28,156 nucleotides of DNA from an uncultured Thermoplasmata archaeon (GTDB taxonomy: Archaea > Thermoplasmatota > Thermoplasmata > Halarchaeoplasmatales > Halarchaeoplasmataceae). Every line of letters begins with the position of its first letter. The stretch's first letter is position 1. This document shows, piece after piece, positions 8,872 through 16,882 of this stretch. The stretch is taken from positions 1 to 28,156 of the forward strand of contig CAYNQI010000012.1 in assembly GCA_964399335.1 (NCBI GenBank). The letters are read 5' to 3'. The translations under genes were made by a program, and so were the position numbers. The notes beneath the pieces were generated by a model that was not told where the DNA came from, ran no database searches, and was given only the letters and a program-made list of their open reading frames with translations.

Positions 8872-8900
8872 CTCCCTGCCTTTAGGTGGGAGAAGTTGAC
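8690..8900 (+). ncRNA. Putative omega-RNA/sotRNA scaffold overlapping the tnpB 3' end (5' boundary approximate)
   Basis: IS200/IS605 tnpB 3' ends are known to encode the omega-RNA ending at the right end. Several hairpins are visible at 8809-8892. Expression cannot be shown from sequence. Confidence 0.45.
8871..8900 (+). repeat. IS right-end hairpin and cleavage tetranucleotide TGAC
   Basis: CTCCC-T-GCC-TTTA-GGT-GGGAG followed by AAGTTGAC, the typical IS605-group right-end shape. Confidence 0.75.
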
Positions 8901-8936
8901 TAAAGCTAAAATACCACCGACCGTAATGCCCTAACG

Positions 8937-10697
8937 ATGCGAATAGCTGTAGTCTTAGAGGATAAATGTAGATCGGATAGATGTGGTTATGAATGCATAC
9001 AATATTGTCCTAGAGTAAGGACCGGGGACGAAACCATCGTCAAAACTGAGGATGGTATCAAGATCTCAGAAGAACTCTGTGCCGGTTGTGGTATCTGTGT
9101 GGACAAATGTCCCTTCGATGCGATCAAAATAATCAACCTTCCGGAAGAGCTCGAGGAAGATAAGATACACCAGTTCGGTGAAAATTCATTCCGCTTATAC
9201 CGTTTACCTGTGCCTCAAAAGGGTATGGTCATCGGTCTTCTCGGTGGAAATGGTATCGGTAAGACAACTGCTATCAGGATACTATCTGGAGAGATCATAC
9301 CTAATATGGGAAAGTATGAAGAAGAACCTTCTTGGGATGCAGTTTTGGATAGGTATTCTGGTACTGGATTGGGAGATTATTTTAAGTCGCTATCTGAGGA
9401 GGGTATAAAAACCTCGCTGAAGCCTCAATATGTAGATAATATCCCAGCTCACTACTCTGGTAAAGTTGAGGATCTTTTAGGTGGTGTCGGAGACGATTAT
9501 ATGAGTTGGGTAAAGATGTTAGGTATAGAGCACACATTGGAATCAACTCTAAAGAATTTGTCTGGTGGTGAATTACAAAGAGTTGCCATAGCCGCCGCAT
9601 CAACCAAAGAAGCGGACGTTTATTTCTACGATGAACCTTCCTCATACCTAGATATGAAACAACGACTGAGTGTTGCTAAAGCTATTCAAGAAAAAAGTAA
9701 GGATAATCAAGTTATGGTTATCGAGCACGACCTAGCAGTACTGGATTTTCTTGCAGATAACGTTCACATAATCTATGGCGACAAAGGTGCTTACGGTGTA
9801 GTAGCACAACCTAGAGGCGTCAGAAAAGCCATCAACACTTATTTGAACGGGTTTTTAGAGGAAGAAAATGTAAGATTCAGGAATAATGTCATCGAATTCG
9901 ATGATCATACTCCATCTGGGGAATGGCACTCGAACCCATTGATTAGATACGATAGGCTCGTTAAAAGATGGGACAGCTTTGAGCTTGAAACTGAACCAGG
10001 AGAAATACCCAAAGGTGAAGTTATTGGTATAGTGGGCCCGAATGCCACCGGTAAAACAACCTTTGTAAAGATGTTAGCCGATGTTATAAAACCTACTGAA
10101 GGAGAAATAGAGAAGCATATCACCGTCAGTTATAAACCCCAATACATAAAACCAAACTTTGAAGGTAGGGTTATGGACCTTTATCACACGGAAATAAGTG
10201 ATAGATTCAATACTAGTGTATTCAAATCTCAAGTGGTCCATCCATTGGATTTAGAGGACCTTTATGAAAGAGAATTATCTAATCTCAGTGGTGGCGAACT
10301 TCAAAGGGTCGTTATCGGACTATGTTTGGGTAGAGATGCTGACCTATATCTTATAGATGAACCTAGTGCTTATCTAGATTCCAGTAGAAGAATGGATGCA
10401 GCCAAAACAATTAGACGATTCATGGAGAAGTCTAGTAAAGCTGGAATGATAGTCGACCACGATGTCTATTTCATAGATTATGTATCTGATCTTATCATGA
10501 ATTTCTCAGGTGAACCTGGAGTTCATGGAAAAGGTGAGGGTCCGTATGACATGCGGAAAGGTATGAACAACTTCCTAAGTGAAATCGAGATAACCTTTAG
10601 GAGGGATCCAGATACAAATAGACCTAGAGTTAATAAACTAGATTCTAGGTTAGATAGGAAACAAAAATCTCAAAATGAATATTACTACACCTGCTGA
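8937..10697 (+). CDS. rli: ABCE1/Rli1 ribosome recycling ATPase
   Basis: Two N-terminal Fe-S motifs (CRSDRCGYECIQYCP; CAGCGICVDKCPFDAI), two NBDs (GGNGIGKT, GPNATGKT), LSGGELQR twice, DEPS twice, C-terminal RPRVNKLDS. Confidence 0.97.
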   Translation: MRIAVVLEDKCRSDRCGYECIQYCPRVRTGDETIVKTEDGIKISEELCAGCGICVDKCPFDAIKIINLPEELEEDKIHQFGENSFRLYRLPVPQKGMVIGLLGGNGIGKTTAIRILSGEIIPNMGKYEEEPSWDAVLDRYSGTGLGDYFKSLSEEGIKTSLKPQYVDNIPAHYSGKVEDLLGGVGDDYMSWVKMLGIEHTLESTLKNLSGGELQRVAIAAASTKEADVYFYDEPSSYLDMKQRLSVAKAIQEKSKDNQVMVIEHDLAVLDFLADNVHIIYGDKGAYGVVAQPRGVRKAINTYLNGFLEEENVRFRNNVIEFDDHTPSGEWHSNPLIRYDRLVKRWDSFELETEPGEIPKGEVIGIVGPNATGKTTFVKMLADVIKPTEGEIEKHITVSYKPQYIKPNFEGRVMDLYHTEISDRFNTSVFKSQVVHPLDLEDLYERELSNLSGGELQRVVIGLCLGRDADLYLIDEPSAYLDSSRRMDAAKTIRRFMEKSSKAGMIVDHDVYFIDYVSDLIMNFSGEPGVHGKGEGPYDMRKGMNNFLSEIEITFRRDPDTNRPRVNKLDSRLDRKQKSQNEYYYTC

Positions 10698-10701
10698 AGC
10701 T

Positions 10702-11703
10702 TCAGATGGTAGCTAGTTGTTCTAGAGTAGTAGCAGCGTCGTCGTTCTTTTCAGAGATATATCTTAGAAGACCTTCTTCCCTTTCATCTTCTGGAACAAT
10801 ATTTTCTATTTTGATAGGACCATCTGGATAAAACTCCTGCTCCAACTTTATCTTCTTTTTATGGTGTAAAAACAGAACAGAAACAAGAGTGGTGATGAGA
10901 TCTGACAGCCTATTGTCATGGATCATATCAAAGGTAAGTTCATCTGTTTGATACCAGCATATCCTTTCCCAGGTTAATGCTATGTCATGATAAAGGTCTT
11001 CTTTATGCGCCTTTGTTTCATAGCTTTCCTTCCTCTGTGCTTCTTCCTCTTCCCTCTTTTTCTTGTTTTCCTTCCTCAGTCGCTCCATCTTCTCCCTATA
11101 TTTTGACTCTTTTCTAGCTTCTTCAAAGGCTTCGACTAACTGTATCAATGAAACAGGTTTTTTCTCTTCTCTTCTGACGGCCTTTTCTAGGATCGGTTCT
11201 TCATCTTCTAATACTTCCTGTTCGTAATCTAAATCTTCTGGTTCATCGTACATCTCATAATCGAAGCATTCCCACTGGGATATGAATTCATCCTCTATGA
11301 CCTCTTCTTCTTCACCGTTCTCAGCCGATAATAGTGTTTCTTCGCACTGCATCTTTAGTATCGACCAGGCCATATTTACCAACTGACCAGCTACTATGAA
11401 ATCTATAGTTTCTTTGTTCTGAGCCTGTTCAAGATACATGGTAGTGAATGAAACCAGATCGATATTCCATGGATCTAGATTCTCGTCCATAACAAGTTTG
11501 AAAATCGAAGCAATAGCATTTTCGAAGGGGTCGTTAGATATCTGATAATCCCCATTCATAGTCTCGACCATCTCTAGGTAATCATTGATCCTTTCTCCGT
11601 TCCTTTTTTCATCGATCAAAGATTTATGGAATATAAGATGATTTACGACTTCCTTTTTGACATCATCTTCCAAGTCTACCGGTTGTTTTACATCACACAC
11701 CAT
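10702..11703 (-). CDS. scpA: Segregation/condensation protein A (kleisin ScpA)
   Basis: LDPWNIDLVSFTTMYL, AGQLVNMAWSILKMQ, PVSLIQLVEAF, C-terminal winged helix (LVSVLFL...KIKLEQE). Directly downstream of smc, with SD GGAGGTG in the last smc codons. Confidence 0.9.
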   Translation of the reverse strand: MVCDVKQPVDLEDDVKKEVVNHLIFHKSLIDEKRNGERINDYLEMVETMNGDYQISNDPFENAIASIFKLVMDENLDPWNIDLVSFTTMYLEQAQNKETIDFIVAGQLVNMAWSILKMQCEETLLSAENGEEEEVIEDEFISQWECFDYEMYDEPEDLDYEQEVLEDEEPILEKAVRREEKKPVSLIQLVEAFEEARKESKYREKMERLRKENKKKREEEEAQRKESYETKAHKEDLYHDIALTWERICWYQTDELTFDMIHDNRLSDLITTLVSVLFLHHKKKIKLEQEFYPDGPIKIENIVPEDEREEGLLRYISEKNDDAATTLEQLATI

Positions 11704-11706
11704 AGA

Positions 11707-14700
11707 TCACACCTCCGTTCTCAGTTTGCTCATACCTGAAAGCTCAGGTATATCGCCTTCTTTTTTATCTCCTATATTGACCTTCATTATGACGTCTGAT
11801 ATGCCGTCATCATGCATGGTCACGCCGATGATATGGTCCGATTTCTTCAAAGTAACTTTTCTCAAAGACACCTGTATGAACTGGGCGAAATTTGAATTTT
11901 TATTGATCATCTGAGCAACGTTTTCAGCGTTAACTCCATCAAGATTCTGGTCGATCTCATCAAGCAAGTAGAACGGTGATGGATCATACCTCTGTATTGC
12001 GAATATGAATGCCATGGACACTAACCCTTTCTCCCCTCCTGAGAGTGCATCTATCCTATGAACAGTTTTACCAGGTGGTCTTACTTTTATGATCAACCCA
12101 CCTTCGAAGGGTGATTCTGGATCTTCCAACTCTAGATGGGCATCTCCACCTTCTGAAAGTTCATCATAAACTTTCTTGAAGTTTTCGTTGATCTCTTCTT
12201 TCACTTCCATAAGACCTACTTTCTTTTTCTCATCTAACTGTTCGATGAGTTTGTCGAGTTCCTCTCTTCTATTTTCAAGCTCAGTGTATTTCTCTTTTAA
12301 CTCGTCCATCCTTTCCTTCTTTTTGTCATAATCTTTTAAGGCCCTCATGTTCACAGGCTGAAGTTGTTCCATCTGGTTTTCGCCTCGTCTAATGGTATTC
12401 TTCAACTCTTTCATGGAAGGAAGTTCTTCATCTCCATACTCCTTTTCGTCTTCGATCTCGTCTTTAAGATCACTCAAAGTATTTTTAAGAGAATCGATCT
12501 TCTGTTTCTGGGTATGGATATACTGTTTTTTCGCCTCTAGTTCACTATCTAAGCTTTCCATCTTATGTTTGAACTCTATCTTCTTCTCTTTTTTCTTGTC
12601 TAATTCTTCTCTAAATTCTTTGATCTCGTCCGAGAAGGAAGATATTCTTTCTTCGTATCCTTCTAGTTCGTTCTTTTTTGAATCGATGGTTTGTTCGTTC
12701 TTCCTTATAGTCGATTTTTTTTCCTCGATCTCATCCTTCAAATCCTGTCTCTTTTCTTTCATTGATTCTATGTTATCTTCCAGTCTTTCTTTTTTATCTA
12801 ATTTCATCTCTATCTCAGATTCGAGCTTATTCATTTTCTTATCTAGTTTTACTTCTTTATCTTGAAGGTTGGATAGAGTTGTGGATAGTTCTTGAGGACT
12901 AACATCTTTGATGTTCTCTGCTATCCCCTTCCTTTTTTCTTTTAGTTTGTTTATCTCACTTTCGATGTGATCTATGGCCTTTTCTAACTTACTTACATTT
13001 TCTTCAAGATCTGATTTTTCTTCTATTTTTTCCTCTAAAATCTCAGATTTCCGTTTTATTTTCTCTTTGGTCCTTTTGACCTGAGCTTCTAGATTATCTA
13101 TCTTACCTGTTTTATCTCCCTCTGATCTTAATTCCCCCATCTTATCCTGTATCTCATCTATTCTGTCTTGGACTTCTTTCAATTCTGATGTAATTTTATT
13201 GAGATTTTGCCTTGTAGTTTTGAGTTCGGTTGCAACCCTATCTAACTTACCTCTGTCAGGAGCTGAAAAACTCATCATCTTTTTACTCAAGGTTCCACCA
13301 ACCATTGCACCGCTTCTCTCGATCTTCTCGCCATCCAGGGTCACCATCCTAACTCCCCCCATCAACTCACGAGCTGAATCGATATCTTCCATCACCACTG
13401 TATCCTGGAAAACATACCAGAAAACGTTCTCATATCGATCATCAAAATCCACAAGTTCTAAAGCGAAATCCACCGCACTATCATCTTTGACAGCCCTGAT
13501 GGCCTTGCCTCTAGGACGCCCTTTTCTCATCTTATTCAAAGGTAAAAATGTGGCTCTACCGGCATCATTCTTTTTTAGGTGTTTGATAGCTCTTGACGCA
13601 ACTTTATCGTTTTCAACGACAATCGACTGCATACGGCCCCCAGCAGATACCTGTAACGCGGTCTCATATTTCTCATCTACATCTGCCAGCTCAGCTATGG
13701 TCCCATGTATACCTTCTATATCACCTCTATCCCTGCTTTCCAATATAGTTGATACCGCTCGGCTATAACCCCTTTTCACATTTTTAGCGGCTTCCTTCTG
13801 AGCCTTGAGCTGGTTGTATTCCCTTTCCAACCTGTTCACCCTATCCTGGAGGTCACTCTTATCTTCCCTTAACCTCTTTTCCTTTCGCTTCTTATCATGG
13901 AATTCTTCTTTTAATTTCTTGAGTTCCCCTTGAACGTCTTTATTATCTGACTTTAGTTCTTTGAGAGTCCATTCACTCTCCTTCTTTTCGAACTCTAGTG
14001 CTTCTTTTTCCTCTTGGATCTCAGATATCTCTTCTACAAGACGGTCTATCTTATCCTTGTTCCTATCTAATTCTACTTTTTTATCTGCAAGTGAATCAGT
14101 CTTTTTGTCTATCTTATTTTTTACTCGGATACCTTCTTTTCTAAGATCACTTATCCTATCATCAGACTCGGACTGTTTTGATTTAACTTCTTCAATATCT
14201 TTTTGTACTTCTTCCAACTCTTCTTTAGTTTCCTTTTTACTTTCCTTGACTTCACCGATATTTTTTTTCAGGTCGAGGAGTTTATCCTTACTGTTAGCTA
14301 CCTCTTCTTTTAGATATTCTCTTCTTTCTTTATTGTTCTTAATAGTATGATCCGCATCTTCGTTTTGGTCCTCAGCTCGAGCTATCTCCAGTTTGAGTTC
14401 ATTTATGGTTTCCTGAAGGTCAGAACTTTTCTCATCGGTTCTTGAGCTTATCTTATCCTCTAAATCATCTATATCTTTAGATAAATTTGAAATCTTTTCT
14501 TTGATCTGTTCTTTTTTACTTTTTATCTCTTCTATCCTCTCTTTGTTTTCTTCTATATCATTATTGACGTTCGATATCTCCTTTTCCGTCTCTTTGTAGG
14601 TCTTCCAAGCTTTCATCGATTTAGCTTCTTTAACTTTGTCAGACAATTCTTGAAATTTTAACGCCTCAGTCCTATCGCTTTCTAATTCCTTGACCTGGGT

Positions 14701-15312
14701 CTGAATCTCATCTAATATGATATTTATACGGTCTAGATCATCGATAACGTCCTCTTTTTTATCTTCAGCTTCTTCGATCTCACTGTCGTACTGGGTGATA
14801 CCTGCGATATCGTCCAAAGTCTTTCTTCTTTCGAAATCGCTCATCTTGACTATCCTAGAAATATCTCCCTGTTGGACTATGTTGTATCCATCTGGTGATA
14901 TCCTAGCATGTGCTAGAAGATCTTGAAATTCTGTCAATGAGGATGATCTACCATTGATATAAAAGTATGAATTATAGCCCTGCTGGTTATCAGATCGCTG
15001 GACCTTTCTAGTAAAGGTTATCTGGTCCTCATTCATGGGTATAGTTTGGTCATCGTTGTCAAAGGTCAAACTAACCTTACAAAAATCAGCTGGCTTACCA
15101 TCTTTACCTCCGTTGAATATCAAATCTGTCAGACGTCCTGCCCTTATCTCCTTAGAGCTTTTAGGTCCTAATACGAATAATATAGCATCACCGATATTGG
15201 ATTTACCGGATCCATTTGGGCCAGTGATATTCGTATACCCTTTCTTAACGGGTATTTCCATCTTCTTCCCGAACGATTTAAAATTCTCCATCAAAATCTT
15301 TTTTAAATACAA
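11707..15312 (-). CDS. smc: Chromosome segregation ATPase SMC
   Basis: NFKSFG, Walker A GPNGSGKSN, Q-loop YNIVQQGD, long coiled coils, hinge (GRATFLPL, GAMVGG), LSGGEK, Walker B LLDEID. SD GGAGGAG before the TTG start. Confidence 0.97.
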   Translation of the reverse strand: MYLKKILMENFKSFGKKMEIPVKKGYTNITGPNGSGKSNIGDAILFVLGPKSSKEIRAGRLTDLIFNGGKDGKPADFCKVSLTFDNDDQTIPMNEDQITFTRKVQRSDNQQGYNSYFYINGRSSSLTEFQDLLAHARISPDGYNIVQQGDISRIVKMSDFERRKTLDDIAGITQYDSEIEEAEDKKEDVIDDLDRINIILDEIQTQVKELESDRTEALKFQELSDKVKEAKSMKAWKTYKETEKEISNVNNDIEENKERIEEIKSKKEQIKEKISNLSKDIDDLEDKISSRTDEKSSDLQETINELKLEIARAEDQNEDADHTIKNNKERREYLKEEVANSKDKLLDLKKNIGEVKESKKETKEELEEVQKDIEEVKSKQSESDDRISDLRKEGIRVKNKIDKKTDSLADKKVELDRNKDKIDRLVEEISEIQEEKEALEFEKKESEWTLKELKSDNKDVQGELKKLKEEFHDKKRKEKRLREDKSDLQDRVNRLEREYNQLKAQKEAAKNVKRGYSRAVSTILESRDRGDIEGIHGTIAELADVDEKYETALQVSAGGRMQSIVVENDKVASRAIKHLKKNDAGRATFLPLNKMRKGRPRGKAIRAVKDDSAVDFALELVDFDDRYENVFWYVFQDTVVMEDIDSARELMGGVRMVTLDGEKIERSGAMVGGTLSKKMMSFSAPDRGKLDRVATELKTTRQNLNKITSELKEVQDRIDEIQDKMGELRSEGDKTGKIDNLEAQVKRTKEKIKRKSEILEEKIEEKSDLEENVSKLEKAIDHIESEINKLKEKRKGIAENIKDVSPQELSTTLSNLQDKEVKLDKKMNKLESEIEMKLDKKERLEDNIESMKEKRQDLKDEIEEKKSTIRKNEQTIDSKKNELEGYEERISSFSDEIKEFREELDKKKEKKIEFKHKMESLDSELEAKKQYIHTQKQKIDSLKNTLSDLKDEIEDEKEYGDEELPSMKELKNTIRRGENQMEQLQPVNMRALKDYDKKKERMDELKEKYTELENRREELDKLIEQLDEKKKVGLMEVKEEINENFKKVYDELSEGGDAHLELEDPESPFEGGLIIKVRPPGKTVHRIDALSGGEKGLVSMAFIFAIQRYDPSPFYLLDEIDQNLDGVNAENVAQMINKNSNFAQFIQVSLRKVTLKKSDHIIGVTMHDDGISDVIMKVNIGDKKEGDIPELSGMSKLRTEV

Positions 15313-15404
15313 AATATCTCCTCCAGTCGATAACTGGTTTTCTTTTTACCTTGCTTTTATCTAGATTAGAGTGCATGCTTGATCCCATCCCAAGGGATAA
15401 TAAA

Positions 15405-15465
15405 GTCCGACAAATAATTTTTATACGTCGGACAAAGACATAAAGCTAACTTAAGGTATAAAAAT
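15405..15465. promoter_or_regulatory. smc upstream region: interlocked inverted repeats and face-to-face TATA-like boxes
   Basis: GTCCGAC(15405-11)/GTCGGAC(15427-33) and ATTTTTATAC(15417-26)/GTATAAAAAT(15456-65). Each 10-mer carries TTTTTATA, one on each strand. Confidence 0.5.
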
Positions 15466-15507
15466 ATTCCGGTATATATCCAACCGGATGCTTAAGAATT
15501 CATCTAT

Positions 15508-15672
15508 CTAATTCAGACTCTCTGATTGGATCTTTTTAAATAGTTCTAAAGCGGCGTTTGATTTCATCTCACTGTTTTCCAGTACTGAATCGAAAACAAA
15601 GAAAACTGTCATAAACTTTTCAGCACCTTCAACCTCGGTGTCTATTTTTTCGTCTTTTTCTTCATAATACAT
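15508..15672 (-). CDS. Small acidic protein, 54 aa, not in the ORF track (MYYEEKDEKIDTEVEGAEKFMTVFFVFDSVLENSEMKSNAALELFKKIQSESLN)
   Basis: ATG lies 1 nt after the DUF655 stop (TGA-T-ATG). SD-like GGGTAG is upstream. Composition is like host proteins. Confidence 0.5.
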   Translation of the reverse strand: MYYEEKDEKIDTEVEGAEKFMTVFFVFDSVLENSEMKSNAALELFKKIQSESLN

Positions 15673-15673
15673 A

Positions 15674-16243
15674 TCAATCTGCTACCCAAATCTTGTATTT
15701 AACACTAGGGTCTTTTAATTCTGTCAGTATCCTTTCTTTAACCAATTTCTTAGGTTTGTGTAACAAAGGTACTCTTTCCTCTAGATCTTCAAAATTTTTG
15801 AATTCACCGTTCTTTTTTCGCTCCTCAAGAATTGCGTTCATCTTTTTTTGTCCAAGTCCAGGGAGTAATTCTAACATATGATATCTTTTGGTAATCGGTC
15901 TAGCAACGTTATAAAATTCTAGATATTTTTCTTCTTTTTCCTCGATTATATCTTCAATGATGTAGGGTACTTCACTTTGTGCTGCATGTGTTAGTTCATC
16001 CCAACCAATTCTATGTTTTACATGTTTTACCTTTTCTCTCTTTTCCGTATCCTTGCCTATGTAAACCCTTTCCCCGATGAATACCGTTTTATCTCTTTTC
16101 AATATAAGTTCAAAAAGTTTTAACTCATCCTCCCCTAATGCTAGGGTTAAGCTCTCATGCTTATATCCGCCTTGATCTGGTCTTCCCTCTGCTAGATAAT
16201 CTAGCACATAAGCGTAGTCTTCCATTTTTTTATCCTTCCACAT
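15674..16243 (-). CDS. DUF655 family RNA-binding protein (probable start ATG 16225)
   Basis: MEDYAYVLDYL, FELILK, VYIGKD..KR.KVKHVK.RI..DELT, LELLPGLGQK HhH, FEDLEERV. Conserved position after rpo4. Confidence 0.92.
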   Translation of the reverse strand: MWKDKKMEDYAYVLDYLAEGRPDQGGYKHESLTLALGEDELKLFELILKRDKTVFIGERVYIGKDTEKREKVKHVKHRIGWDELTHAAQSEVPYIIEDIIEEKEEKYLEFYNVARPITKRYHMLELLPGLGQKKMNAILEERKKNGEFKNFEDLEERVPLLHKPKKLVKERILTELKDPSVKYKIWVAD

Positions 16244-16562
16244 ATTGCTTTATCAAATTAGTTATATCCTCGATTTCATCCTTTGAGGGTGTATATCTAT
16301 CTTTTGAGAAGACAGCCAATACACCATCTGCATCAGTTGGTAATATATCGGCTGTTTTATATGCTATTTTTTCTTTCATGAAGTCAAACTCGTCTTGAAG
16401 CTTTTCTATTAACTCATCCGTTTCTTCTTTATTTAATTTAACGAATTGTTCAGCATGACTTAGAGCAAGACTCTGTTCGTAAGTAAGTTCCCTCTTTTCA
16501 GCTTCTTCTTTTAAAATATCTTTAACCTCCGCTAATGAAACATATCTAGACTCTTCTGTCAT
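16230..16562 (-). CDS. rpo4: RNA polymerase subunit F (Rpo4)
   Basis: YVSLAEVKDIL, ELTYEQSLALSHAEQF, AYKTADILP. Located in the rpl21e-rpoF-DUF655 cluster. Confidence 0.93.
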   Translation of the reverse strand: MTEESRYVSLAEVKDILKEEAEKRELTYEQSLALSHAEQFVKLNKEETDELIEKLQDEFDFMKEKIAYKTADILPTDADGVLAVFSKDRYTPSKDEIEDITNLIKQYVEG

Positions 16563-16575
16563 CTTTATCTCCTCC

Positions 16576-16872
16576 TCATTCTAATTTGCGAAGGTGTTCA
16601 GACCTCGCGATCACCTTTTTAACTTCTCCTCCGTCCTTGACTTCAACTACAAAAGCTTTTCCTTGTTTACCTGTTACCACACCTGTTTTTCCATGAAAAC
16701 GTCTATGTGGCTGCCCTTTATGTACGCTAGGTTCGATCTTTATCCTTGCTTTCTCTCCTTCTTCGAACTCTTTGAGTGCTCGAGTGATAGGGATCATTCC
16801 TTTTTCCCTAGGTTTTTTTCTGAGTATCTTTCTAGTTCCCTGTCGGATTCCTTTTGACTTCTTCATAACCAA
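16576..16872 (-). CDS. rpl21e: 50S ribosomal protein L21e (probable start ATG 16866)
   Basis: SKGIRQGTRKILRK, KIEPSVHKGQPHRRFHGKTGVV, RSEHLR. Confidence 0.97.
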   Translation of the reverse strand: MVMKKSKGIRQGTRKILRKKPREKGMIPITRALKEFEEGEKARIKIEPSVHKGQPHRRFHGKTGVVTGKQGKAFVVEVKDGGEVKKVIARSEHLRKLE

Positions 16873-16882
16873 TCACATCCAT

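Larger units (their letters stand above)
7550..8900 (+). mobile_element. Decayed IS200/IS605-family element, IS1341-type (tnpB only, no tnpA), about 1351 bp
   Basis: tnpB pseudogene flanked by subterminal hairpins. Left boundary after TTCAC (7545-7549) with guide-like GAGG at +16..+19, the IS608 spacing. Right end finishes ...GGGAGAAGTTGAC at 8900. GC 125/240 (52%) over 8221-8460 versus 38-40% in flank spot counts. Confidence 0.85.

Noticed and set aside
8060-8885. Track ORFs 8060-8419, 8200-8412, 8216-8416, 8428-8871, 8464-8718 and 8607-8885 as separate genes
   Set aside because: They are fragments or shadow frames of the single tnpB pseudogene.
10694-10705. Perfect 12-bp palindrome CTGAAGCTTCAG
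   Set aside because: It is largely the automatic result of two convergent TGA stops around AGCT.
11707-15312. SMC as a defence or atypical SMC-like system (Wadjet/JetC, Rad50, ClsN, Sph)
   Set aside because: It has a canonical hinge, full length and adjacent ScpA, with no JetABD, Mre11 or nuclease partner.
12392-15364. Long plus-strand Ser/Phe/Leu-rich ORFs opposite smc, and similar ones opposite gfcR, ugd, pus10, infB and the protease
   Set aside because: They are antisense shadows of GAA/AAA/GAT-rich coding strands, with no motifs or promoters.
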